DNA from: an uncultured Haloferula sp.
Lineage (GTDB): Bacteria; Verrucomicrobiota; Verrucomicrobiia; Verrucomicrobiales; Akkermansiaceae
Direction of reading: 5' to 3'
Length of the DNA: 64,000 bases
Assembly: GCA_965652295.1 (NCBI GenBank)
Contig: CBFGTS010000002.1
Location: 288,001-352,000, forward strand
Within the stretch, counting starts at the first letter, position 1; the number at the start of each line of letters is the position of its first letter. Both the position numbers and the translations under genes were made by a program. Below are positions 55,428-64,000 of this stretch, piece by piece. Below the pieces are notes generated by a model. That model was not told the DNA's origin. It did not search any database and saw nothing but the letters and a program-made list of their open reading frames with translations.

Positions 55428-57779
55428 ATGACGATGCGTTCTCCAATCCTCTTCCTACCCATCGCAATGACGCTTTCCGTCTCTGCCCGGGAGCCCGCGG
55501 TTCCGATCGCCGCCGAGCCCCTGCCGCTCACAGCGGTCCGTCTGACCGGCGGACCTCTCAAGGAAGCCCAGGATGCGGATGCTAGATACCTGCTCCAGCT
55601 CGAGCCCGACCGCATGATGGCCGGCTATCGCATCCGCGCCGGCTTGGAGGCAAAGGCGGAAGGCTACGGCGGGTGGGACTCCGTCGAAGGCCGCCAGATC
55701 ACCGGACACATCGCAGGCCACTACCTCTCCGCCGTGAGTCTGATGCATGCCGCCACCGGAGATAAAGAGTTCAAGCACCGCGCCGACGATCTGGTGGCGG
55801 AGATGAAGGAGGTGCAGGAAGCGCGCGGCACCGGCTATATCGGTGCGATCACTGATGCCACCGGCCGCGATGGCGGTGAAATTTACGAACAGGAAATCGC
55901 CAAGGGTGATATCCGCTCGGGCGGTTTCGACCTCAATGGCATGTGGGCACCGTGGTATGTGCTGCACAAGACCTTCGCCGGTCTGCGCGATGCCTACCGC
56001 CATACCGGCAACCCCACCGCCCTCGCGCTGGAGGTCGGCTTCGCCCGCTGGGCCGAAAGCATCCTCGCGCCACTGAACGAAGCGCAGGTGCAGAAAATGC
56101 TGGAGACCGAGTTCGGCGGCATGAACGAGGTGCTGGCCGACCTTTATGAGGACACCGGCGACGACCGCTGGCTCACGCTGGCGCGGCGCTTCGAACACCA
56201 CGCGATCACCGGGCCGCTCAAACACCACGTCGATATCCTCCCCGGAAAACACGGCAACGCCCAGGTGCCCAAGCTGATCGGTTCGGCGGATCTCTACGCC
56301 TATGCGGGAGCCGCCGAAGACCTGATGGCCGCCGGCTTCTTCTGGGATCGAGTGGTCCATCACCACAGCTTCGCTACCGGCGGTCATGGGAAAGACGAGT
56401 ATTTCGGCCCGCCCGACGAGTTCAACGATCGGGTGGACGGCCGCACCGCCGAATCATGTAACGTTTACAACATGCTCAAGCTCACGCGTCGCATGTTCGG
56501 CTTCCATCCCAGCGCCCGCTACGCCGCCTTTCAGGAACGTGCGCTGTTCAATCATGTGCTTGCGTCGATCGATCCCCATAGCGGCCGGACCTGCTACATG
56601 GTTCCCGTCGGACGCGGCGTGGAAAAGGAATACGCCGACATGTTCGAGAGCTTCACCTGCTGCGTCGGCAGCGGCATGGAAAGCCACGCGCTGCACGGAC
56701 TTGGCGTGTATTTCACCTCGAAGGACAAGCTGTGGGTCAACGTCTACGCGCCCACCCGGGCGACTTGGGCGGAGGCCGGGGTGACGCTGGAAACCGCCAC
56801 CGATCTGCCGGAGGGAGAATCCGCCCGCATCACCCTCGGCATGGCCCGCCCGGCCACCTTCACCCTCGCCCTGCGGAAGCCGGAATGGGCGGGCGAGGGA
56901 TTCGCGCTCCGTCTCAACGGCGAGGTGCCAGCGGTCACGGAAACGGCAGGCTACCTTGAGCTGAAGCGGGAGTGGAAAAACGGAGACAAGATCGAGCTGA
57001 CCCTACCGAAGACCCTCCGTCTCGAACCTCTTCCCGACAATCCGGACCGGGCTGCGATCCTGTGGGGACCGCTGGTCCTCGCCGGCGATCTGGGGCCGGA
57101 GCGCATGGAGCGAAAGCCCGGCGAGGAGCTGCAAGCCGTGCCCGTCCTTGTCGCCTCGGGACGTCCCGTTTCCGAGTGGCTCAAACCCGTGGACGGGAAA
57201 CCCGGCACCTTCCGCACCGCTGGCGTCGGCCGCGAGCGCGATGTCGAGCTGCTTCCGTTCTACCGCCTCCACCATCGCACTTACGCAGTCTATTGGGACT
57301 TCTACACACCCGATGACTGGGCCGCGAAATCCGCCGAGGTCTCGGAGACACGCAAACGCCAGGCCGAGCTTGAAAAGGCGACCATCGCCTTCGTTCAACC
57401 CGGCGAAATGCAGCCCGAGCGGGATTTCCACCAGCAGGGAGAGGAAAGTTCACCGGTCCGCACCATGGGCCGGCCCGGCAGGCGCGCTTCGAAGTGGTTC
57501 TCCTTCGAGCTTCCTGTCGATGCCGGAGCCGCCATGAAACTTCTCGTCACCTACAACAGGGACGAATGGCGCGAGCGCGTGTTCTCGATCAAAATCGATG
57601 GCAGAAAGCTCGCCGACGAAACCGTCAAAGCCCGCGGACCGCAGGAATTCTACACCGTCGAATATCCCGTCCCCGCGGAGTGGTTCTCCGGAACGAAGAA
57701 GGCAACGATCAAGTTCCAGGCCGCCCCAGACAGCGAGACCGCCGCCGTTTACGGCATCCGGCTGATTCGTTCCGAGTAG
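55428..57779 (+). CDS. Secreted beta-L-arabinofuranosidase-like glycosidase (GH146/GH127), paralogue of 50176..52569
   Basis: GHIAGHYLSA, PWYVLHK, EFGGMNE, HGNAQVPK, ESCNVYNM and FTCCVGSGMES. Confidence 0.88.
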   Translation: MTMRSPILFLPIAMTLSVSAREPAVPIAAEPLPLTAVRLTGGPLKEAQDADARYLLQLEPDRMMAGYRIRAGLEAKAEGYGGWDSVEGRQITGHIAGHYLSAVSLMHAATGDKEFKHRADDLVAEMKEVQEARGTGYIGAITDATGRDGGEIYEQEIAKGDIRSGGFDLNGMWAPWYVLHKTFAGLRDAYRHTGNPTALALEVGFARWAESILAPLNEAQVQKMLETEFGGMNEVLADLYEDTGDDRWLTLARRFEHHAITGPLKHHVDILPGKHGNAQVPKLIGSADLYAYAGAAEDLMAAGFFWDRVVHHHSFATGGHGKDEYFGPPDEFNDRVDGRTAESCNVYNMLKLTRRMFGFHPSARYAAFQERALFNHVLASIDPHSGRTCYMVPVGRGVEKEYADMFESFTCCVGSGMESHALHGLGVYFTSKDKLWVNVYAPTRATWAEAGVTLETATDLPEGESARITLGMARPATFTLALRKPEWAGEGFALRLNGEVPAVTETAGYLELKREWKNGDKIELTLPKTLRLEPLPDNPDRAAILWGPLVLAGDLGPERMERKPGEELQAVPVLVASGRPVSEWLKPVDGKPGTFRTAGVGRERDVELLPFYRLHHRTYAVYWDFYTPDDWAAKSAEVSETRKRQAELEKATIAFVQPGEMQPERDFHQQGEESSPVRTMGRPGRRASKWFSFELPVDAGAAMKLLVTYNRDEWRERVFSIKIDGRKLADETVKARGPQEFYTVEYPVPAEWFSGTKKATIKFQAAPDSETAAVYGIRLIRSE

Positions 57780-57794
57780 CCGCTTCGCGCTTCG

Positions 57795-58165
57795 GAGTTC
57801 ACCCAATCGTTGAATGGGGAGTGGCGGTTCAAACATCTCACCTCGCTTCAGAACGAGGATGCGGCGGGCTTCCAGCAAGTCGATCTCGACGGATCGGGCT
57901 GGGACAGCATCCGCGTGCCCGGCAACTGGGAAATGCAGGGATTCTCCGATCCGCGCTACGCGCAGTGGGATAGCTTCCAGCGGGACATCAGGGCGAAGCA
58001 CGGACTCTACCGCCGCAAGTTTGAAGTGCCTGCTTCATGGCGCGAGGGACGCCGGGTGATCCTTCGTTTCGAGGGCGTGCAGAATGGCTTCGAAGCCTGG
58101 GTGAACGGCCGGCAGATCGGCAAGTCGATCGCCAGCGCCTACAATCCCCACTCGTTCGACAGGCT
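57795..58165 (+). pseudogene. Remnant of a GH2 N-terminal sugar-binding domain
   Basis: QSLNGEWRF, IRVPGNWEMQGF, GLYRRKFEVP and LRFEGV..WVNGRQIG. There is no signal peptide or TIM barrel, and similarity stops at ~58165 next to the convergent gene end. Confidence 0.7.
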
Positions 58166-58173
58166 GTCGCCAC

Positions 58174-59775
58174 TCACGGGGTCACGAGACGGAAGAATAA
58201 AACCCCTCCCTCTACCTCCGGATCAACCAGGGTCAACCCATCCCCTCCGGTCGCCGTACCCGCTCCGATGTTCCACGCCGTCCAGGCACCGGTCAGGTCG
58301 CTCGCCTTCTGAAGCGTCACCCCGGAAGGTTGCAGAAACCAGTCGAGCCAGAGTTTCCCGCGTTGATTCTCCAAGGCGAAGATCGGCCTCGGCACGGGGA
58401 GGCCGCGATCGATGTCCGCCGCATGCTGCGCCAACACGCTGCGGCGAAGATACTGGCTCAGCTCGGCCGTCGGCACCGGAGCGGTCGGAGTCGGGAACAT
58501 CGTGGCGACTCCTCGCGCGACCAGAGCAGCCATTACCGTGGCACCCTTGCGGTTCCAGTGGGTGACGTCGCCAGGTTGAAGCAGGGTGATGCACTCGTCG
58601 TTCCCGATGGCCTGCATGAACGCTCCGCTGCTCGTGAAAAGATCGATGAAAGGAACATCCTCGTTGCCGGAGGCCACCGCAACTTCCGCCATCGCTGCAG
58701 CGTAGGGAGCGAGATCGTTTTGGCCCGGCGAAGGGTTGTAGGAAACCAAGGTGCCGTTCACGAAGTTGCGTCGGTACATGGGCGAGACCAACACCGGATT
58801 CGCTCCCTTCGCCTTGGCCTCGTCGATGAAAGCCTGGAGATAGCCTTTGTATTCGGCTGGCGGTGTCGCTTCCACGTTGGTCGGCTCGTGCGAGTCATTG
58901 TGACCGAACTGCATGAGCAGGTAGTCGCCTTCCGCGAGGCTCGCTTTGACCACGGGCCAGAAGTTGGATCCGTTGTAGAACGTCTTGGTGCTTTCTCCCG
59001 GGTCGGCATGATTGTGGATCTCGACGCTGTTTTCGAAGTAGTGAAAGAACACCTGGCCCCACCCGGTTTGCGTCGTGGAGGAGGGATTGTAATTCGAAAC
59101 CGTGGAGTCCCCGATGATGAAGACCCGGGCGGTGACCTCGGGCACGAATGAGTCATCCACCGCAGCAGTCAGCTGCCCGTCACTGAACGTTTCGATCGAG
59201 GCGCCGAACGCGAAGGCATCGATCCGGAGCCCGTCTTCCCGTCCACCGATTTGGAGGGTATAGGTTCCCGCGCTGGGAACCGTGAAGGTGACCCCGGTTT
59301 CGTTCTGGGTCCATTCGGAAAGGTTGATCCAGGCGTAGCTCCCGGAGCCGATCGCTTTGCCACTGTCCGCATCGTAGATCCGATTGACGTGGATCCAGTC
59401 CGCATTGGAGGTCGGGCTCTTCGTTCCGAAACCATTGCCGTAGAACAGGCTGTCATCCGCCCCATCGACTTCCACCAGCACCCGCGCGTAAAGATCGTAG
59501 GTACCAGCTTCGGGGAAGTTGACGGTATAGGTGGCCGTCCGCGCCGCCGAACCCGGACTGTCACCTCCGCCGGTCGTTTCCGCAGTGATATAGGCTCCGC
59601 CCACGGACGTCGATGCGTCGCCCTGGGGCGGGTTGAAATCGTCACCAAGCGAGGCGGTCACGGTGGTGGTGACGGAAGAGCCGTCCTCCGCGTTAAAGCC
59701 GATGAGGGCGGCGTGAGCCGACAAGGCAAACGCCGGAAGCGCGCAGATAATCGGGAATGGATGGGGCGTTTTCAT
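58174..59775 (-). CDS. Secreted modular protein: CBM-like domain, CE12-like SGNH esterase and C-terminal tail
   Basis: Signal peptide; GTYDLYARV..DDSLF..REDGLRIDAF (CBM-like), IIGDSTV, GWGQ, QFGHND, DVTH, and C-terminal LQKASDLTGAW..FFRLV. Confidence 0.75.
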   Translation of the reverse strand: MKTPHPFPIICALPAFALSAHAALIGFNAEDGSSVTTTVTASLGDDFNPPQGDASTSVGGAYITAETTGGGDSPGSAARTATYTVNFPEAGTYDLYARVLVEVDGADDSLFYGNGFGTKSPTSNADWIHVNRIYDADSGKAIGSGSYAWINLSEWTQNETGVTFTVPSAGTYTLQIGGREDGLRIDAFAFGASIETFSDGQLTAAVDDSFVPEVTARVFIIGDSTVSNYNPSSTTQTGWGQVFFHYFENSVEIHNHADPGESTKTFYNGSNFWPVVKASLAEGDYLLMQFGHNDSHEPTNVEATPPAEYKGYLQAFIDEAKAKGANPVLVSPMYRRNFVNGTLVSYNPSPGQNDLAPYAAAMAEVAVASGNEDVPFIDLFTSSGAFMQAIGNDECITLLQPGDVTHWNRKGATVMAALVARGVATMFPTPTAPVPTAELSQYLRRSVLAQHAADIDRGLPVPRPIFALENQRGKLWLDWFLQPSGVTLQKASDLTGAWTAWNIGAGTATGGDGLTLVDPEVEGGVLFFRLVTP

Positions 59776-59881
59776 CTTTCAGTGAGCCACGGCGTCGAGC
59801 CCGATGCGGGTTCCGATGGAGGGAATCGTCATGCTTGCACCCTTCTCGTCCAAACCCGCACGGGTGCTGGAATCCGGTGTT

Positions 59882-61435
59882 TCAGGGGGAGTGGTTCTCC
59901 GTATACAAGCGGTCGATGGCTTCGCCGGTGATCGGGTATTCGAAGATGTAGAGTTCATCCATCTCGCCGCGGAATCTGTATTGATCCGTGACGGCGGGCT
60001 CACCGGAATTGGAAATGGCGGTGCCGATCGCAAGCGGCGTCTGGCTGAGGGTATTCACCCGATAGCGGCCGTCGCGGTCGGGAGAATCGGTGTCGTCGCT
60101 GAAAGTGAGGGCACAGGGCTTGCCATCGACATACAAGCTCACGGGGATGTCTTCCGTGCCGAGAGGGCCACCGCGATAAGTGCAGGCGAGGTGATGCCAT
60201 TGGTTGTCCGCGACTTTCGCATCGACTGCATAATAGCGGGTGCCCCCGAAGCTCACGACCGGCACGAGCCCCTCCATCCGCGAGAGCCCCAGCTTGAACT
60301 TCAGGTTGAAGCGCTCGGAAGACGGCAGGCGGGTGCCCCAGCTGAGAATGTCCGCGTCGGATTCTTGATCGGTGGGAACCTTGATCCAGATAGCGACCGA
60401 CCGGGGCGCATCACCAAGGATCCCCGGCCAATCGGTCAGGAGATCGTTGTGGCTTCCATCGAAACCCAGGCCCTGGCCGAAGCGCCCGGGCACCATCGCG
60501 GGCATGGCGGCGCTTTCGCTCGGCGCGAGACGGGAGCATGCCCGCCCGGCCGCAGGATGTCCGCCATCGGACGGAAAGGTTCCCTCCTCCGTGCCATCGA
60601 ACGACCAGTGCAGGCAGGTGAGTCCCGCTGGCAGCGATTGCAGGAACTCCTCCGGACGGAGTTTGACCGGGTGGAGCCGGCCGATGAAGTCGCCTTGGAA
60701 GGCTTGGTTTCTGACGAGCGGTTTCTCCTGAACGCGCGGGCCCAAAGTCCGGGCAAGCACCTTGCCCTTGAAGCAATGGACCTCATCGGGAGCGTCGTCC
60801 GAAGCGATGACTCCGAACTCGGTGCCCAGGTCGGTGATCTCAAGTTCGTGGGTCACGACATGGAATCCGCGTCCCTTTTCCTCCACCTGAAACCAGGCAC
60901 TGCCGCGTGCGAGGAACACCCGCTTGTCACCACGGACAGCGAGCGTAGCCGGCCCGCGAACGATCCCGGTGACTCCGCAGGCGAGGGTGAGTTCGGCGTT
61001 ACCGCGCTCCAAGTCCAGCGTGGAGCCCACGCCGAGCGCTCCCGGTGCGGGCTTTTCAGCCGTCCGGCCCGTGTTGTGGGTGACGGTGAAAACACTGCCC
61101 TCGGAGGTCCGGAATGCGGCTGTTGGCGGCACGGCAGGACTGAGAATAAGGCGGAGCGAGACCACGAGGATGATCACGGCCGCCGTCGCGAGCAGCGCGG
61201 TGTGCCTGAGAATCCGCTGTTGCTGCGCGGAGCGAATCAGAGAACCGAGCCCCTGCCGGCGATCACTCCCGGCGCGCCGGAAGGATAGCGCCTGATGGAG
61301 GCTCGCATATCCGTAGAAGCGTTTTCGAAGCTCCGGGTTTCCGATCAGTTCCTCCTGCAAGCGCTCGAAATCCCCCTCCTCGATTTCGTCATCAAAAAGC
61401 CGCTGGATCAAAATCTCCTGCTCGCGCCTATTCAT
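59882..61435 (-). CDS. FecR-like anti-sigma factor with LamG/concanavalin domain
   Basis: N-terminal anti-sigma helix, one TM segment, GFHVVT..ITDLGTEFGV (FecR), and HWSFD, QWHHLA, GEMDELYIF (LamG). Confidence 0.85.
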   Translation of the reverse strand: MNRREQEILIQRLFDDEIEEGDFERLQEELIGNPELRKRFYGYASLHQALSFRRAGSDRRQGLGSLIRSAQQQRILRHTALLATAAVIILVVSLRLILSPAVPPTAAFRTSEGSVFTVTHNTGRTAEKPAPGALGVGSTLDLERGNAELTLACGVTGIVRGPATLAVRGDKRVFLARGSAWFQVEEKGRGFHVVTHELEITDLGTEFGVIASDDAPDEVHCFKGKVLARTLGPRVQEKPLVRNQAFQGDFIGRLHPVKLRPEEFLQSLPAGLTCLHWSFDGTEEGTFPSDGGHPAAGRACSRLAPSESAAMPAMVPGRFGQGLGFDGSHNDLLTDWPGILGDAPRSVAIWIKVPTDQESDADILSWGTRLPSSERFNLKFKLGLSRMEGLVPVVSFGGTRYYAVDAKVADNQWHHLACTYRGGPLGTEDIPVSLYVDGKPCALTFSDDTDSPDRDGRYRVNTLSQTPLAIGTAISNSGEPAVTDQYRFRGEMDELYIFEYPITGEAIDRLYTENHSP

Positions 61436-62010
61436 GCACTTCGTTCCTCCTGGAGAAGCCCCTTCTCAATGCAGGCCCGCAGCGCCGCGCGCACCCGGAA
61501 AAGCGTGACCGAGAGCGAGGCGGCGCTTCGTCCGACCCGGCGGCCGTATTCCTCCAGCCCGCCCTCCTCCTGGTAGCGGAAGCGGACCAGTTCCCGATCA
61601 ACGGGCCGGAGCTTCTCAAGGCAGGTTTCCAGCCACTTGAGTCTGCTGTTCCCATCGCGAAATGCTGCCGGAGCCTCCGCCGAAATGATGTCCAGCAACT
61701 CGTCCCGGAACACCAGCCGGTTCGACGAACGCTTGTCCTTCTTGAGGTGCTTGAGGATGACGAATTTCGCCACCGTGAACGACCACGCAATGAAGTCGGT
61801 CCCCAGCTCGAATTTCTGCCGGTTCGTCCAGAGCGCCACATTCGTCTCCTGCAGCATGTCCGCCACATCCGGATGCCCCGGTGCCTTGGAAAGAATGAAC
61901 GCCCACAGGTCCGCTTGATGGCGGGTCAGGAGGTTGACGAACTCGGACAAGCTGCTCGCCTCGCCCGCACCGCCCTCTCCCCCGCAACCTGTTCGTTCGG
62001 CTGATTTCAT
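61432..62010 (-). CDS. ECF RNA polymerase sigma-70 factor (Verrucomicrobia/Planctomycetes type)
   Basis: FVNLLTRHQADL..DMLQETNVALW..FELGTDFIAW and CLEKL..RY..LFRVRAALRACI; 4-bp overlap with the anti-sigma gene. Confidence 0.9.
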   Translation of the reverse strand: MKSAERTGCGGEGGAGEASSLSEFVNLLTRHQADLWAFILSKAPGHPDVADMLQETNVALWTNRQKFELGTDFIAWSFTVAKFVILKHLKKDKRSSNRLVFRDELLDIISAEAPAAFRDGNSRLKWLETCLEKLRPVDRELVRFRYQEEGGLEEYGRRVGRSAASLSVTLFRVRAALRACIEKGLLQEERSA

Positions 62011-62123
62011 TCGCTCCCGTAACGACGATAGCCGCAGGCCCTCCGATCTTAACGGAAAAACGCCAGCATGCCGGGCACGGCATCACTTCCGGGCGGTTCT
62101 CGTCGCGGTGGGGCTGGAACGAC

Positions 62124-62861
62124 TCACGCCCCGCGCATCAGCGAGATCTCGGCGAGGCTGATCATCGCCTTGAAGAGATCCTCCCGCGGCGCGGTTTTCA
62201 GCGTTTCCACGGAAATGGCGCGATCGAGCGTGAAGCGACCGGAGCGGATGCGGCGCAACGCGCTGAGGTGCGCACCGCAGCCGAGCTTCGCCCCGATGTC
62301 ATGGGCGTAGGTACGGACGTAGAAGCCCTTCGAGCAATCGACGGAGAAATCCACCTCCGGCAGCGCGATACGGCGGATGTCGTATTTGGTGACGTAAACC
62401 GGCCGCGGCTGGCGCTCCACTTCCTGGCCCTTGCGCGCCAGCTTGTAGAGCGGCACGCCGTCCTTCTTGATCGCGGAAACCATCGGCGGGATCTGCTCGA
62501 AATCGCCGGTGAATTCACCAAACGCCGCATCAAGCTGCTCGCGCGTGAACTCCGGCACGTCCTTCTCCTCCAACACCTCGCCCTGGCGGTCCTGAGTGGA
62601 GGTGGTCGCGCCAAGCGTCAGCGTGCCCTCGTACTCCTTGTCCTCGCTCATCAGCAGGTCCTGGATCTTGGTCGCGCGCTCCACCACCAGCATCAGCAGG
62701 CCGGTGGCCATGGGATCGAGCGTGCCGCAGTGGCCGATCTTCTTGGTGCCCAGCGAGCGGCGGGCGATCGCCACCACGTCGTGCGAGGTCATGTCCGGGG
62801 CTTTGTCCACCACCAGCACGCCGGAGGGAACATTCGAAACTGCAGGATTGGGTCGGCTCAT
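62124..62861 (-). CDS. truB: tRNA pseudouridine(55) synthase
   Basis: VDKAPDMTSHDVV, GHCGTLDPMATGLL, QIPPMVSAIK and CSKGFYVRT. Confidence 0.96.
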   Translation of the reverse strand: MSRPNPAVSNVPSGVLVVDKAPDMTSHDVVAIARRSLGTKKIGHCGTLDPMATGLLMLVVERATKIQDLLMSEDKEYEGTLTLGATTSTQDRQGEVLEEKDVPEFTREQLDAAFGEFTGDFEQIPPMVSAIKKDGVPLYKLARKGQEVERQPRPVYVTKYDIRRIALPEVDFSVDCSKGFYVRTYAHDIGAKLGCGAHLSALRRIRSGRFTLDRAISVETLKTAPREDLFKAMISLAEISLMRGA

Positions 62862-62874
62862 TCGTGGGAAAAAA

Positions 62875-63864
62875 TCAGTTTTCGATCGCGGCAAGCTCGG
62901 CGTCCACCGCTGCGAGCACCTTGGCTTTGGCCTCGTCCATCGGCCCGGGCATGCGGATCCCGGCCGCCAGCGAGTGCCCTCCTCCACCGAACTGCATGCA
63001 GACTTTGCAGGCATCGACGCGGGCATCCTTGGAGCGCATGGAAACGCGGATCTTGCCGCCGGGCAGCTCTTCGAAAAAGAGGGCGACGATGACGCCCTGG
63101 ATCGCGCGGATGATGTCGATGAGGCCCTCGCTGTTCTCCGGCTTCACACCGAGGCGGTGGACGGTTTCCTGATCGAGCTGCCAGTGCGCCACCCGGCCGC
63201 AGGCGCGGGTTTCCAGCGTATTCAGCAGCGCGCGCATCAGCTCGACGCGGCGCATCGGATGGTTGTCGTAGATCAGGGAGTTGATTTTCCCGACCTGGGT
63301 GCCGCGGCGGACGAGATCGGCGGCCATTTCATAGGTGGCGACGGTGGTCCCGCTGTATTGCCAGGAGCCGGTGTCGGTGGAAACGGCCACGTAGATCGCA
63401 TCGCGGGTCTCGGCCGGCATCGGCAGGCCGAGCGCAAGAATCAGGTCGTAAAGGATCTGGCCGGTCGCAGGGCTTGAGGAGTCGATGAGGTTCAGATCGC
63501 CGTAGCCGGGATTCGACTTGTGGTGGTCGATGTTGATCCAGCGCTGGCAGCCGGACACCGCGGCAAGCGCGTGGTCGCCGAGGCGCGGCTGCGTGGCGGT
63601 GTCGAGGGCGATGACCACATCGACCTCGATCGGCTCGGCCGGAGGAGTCTCGATCAGTTCGGCACCCGCCATTAAAGCGAGGTTGTCGGGCAGCCCGTCC
63701 TCATTGATCAGCCGGACGGATTTCCCCGCGGCCTTAAGTGCGAAACCGAGCGCGATCTGCGAGCCGATCGCATCGCCGTCCGGACGGACGTGGCTGAGCA
63801 GGGCGAAGGATTCGAACTCGTTCAACCAGGCACCGATTTCTTGAATGACGGGATGTTCGCTCAT
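62875..63864 (-). CDS. nrnA: DHH/DHHA1 phosphoesterase (bifunctional oligoribonuclease/PAP phosphatase NrnA-like)
   Basis: HVRPDGDAIGS, NIDHH, TDTG and FGGGGHSLAAG; directly upstream of truB. Confidence 0.88.
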   Translation of the reverse strand: MSEHPVIQEIGAWLNEFESFALLSHVRPDGDAIGSQIALGFALKAAGKSVRLINEDGLPDNLALMAGAELIETPPAEPIEVDVVIALDTATQPRLGDHALAAVSGCQRWINIDHHKSNPGYGDLNLIDSSSPATGQILYDLILALGLPMPAETRDAIYVAVSTDTGSWQYSGTTVATYEMAADLVRRGTQVGKINSLIYDNHPMRRVELMRALLNTLETRACGRVAHWQLDQETVHRLGVKPENSEGLIDIIRAIQGVIVALFFEELPGGKIRVSMRSKDARVDACKVCMQFGGGGHSLAAGIRMPGPMDEAKAKVLAAVDAELAAIEN

Positions 63865-64000
63865 GATCGCGGGGCCCCCGGGCTGCGGGGGCCGCGGATT
63901 CTCCCGATCCCCCCTCGTCGGGCAAGGACAAACCGACGAAGGATGGGTGGCCGAAGTGCCCCTCCGCCAGGGGCCGTGGAGAAAGGCCCGGGCTTTTGCG

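Noticed and set aside
63941..64000. GGATGGGTGGCCGA resembles the 5' end of a tRNA-Ser
   Set aside because: The following sequence lacks a proper D-loop and anticodon arm, and the window ends before any T-arm could be checked.

Overview
High-GC bacterial DNA, most likely from a Verrucomicrobiaceae-type organism. This is inferred from a PV-type microcompartment locus, a Verrucomicrobia/Planctomycetes-type ECF sigma with a FecR-LamG partner, and C-terminal 'F(Y/F)RL' tails on secreted proteins. There are four parts. (1) About 1.0-15.5 kb is an accessory island bounded by palindromic elements. It holds a ~2100-aa RHS toxin and a candidate immunity gene among five glycosyltransferase-like genes (GT77-like, GT25, GT90-DUF3431 fusion, two unclassified) and a nonsense-interrupted DUF579-like methyltransferase, mostly from families better known in eukaryotes and giant viruses. 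The RHS appears internally permuted: its normally N-terminal DUF6531-like block sits in the middle, behind a Ser/Gly repeat linker. This island is the best candidate for an undescribed system. (2) 15.6-25.1 kb holds miscellaneous genes: GNAT, M20 peptidase, glgA, a secreted metalloprotease, an SGNH hydrolase and DUF421. (3) 25.4-36.4 kb is a PV-BMC deoxy-sugar microcompartment operon with divergent DeoR and rhamnulokinase genes, followed by frr-pyrH. (4) 36.6-62.0 kb is a pectin/rhamnogalacturonan utilisation region (GH28, CE8, GH105-GH28, six-hairpin GH, AraC, xylA, GH43-like, CE12, UxaE-like, three GH127/GH146, a GH2 remnant, and an ECF/FecR/CE12 cassette), followed by truB and a DHH/NrnA gene. 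No rRNA, tRNA, CRISPR array or transposase was seen. All family calls come from motifs recognised by eye, not from database searches.
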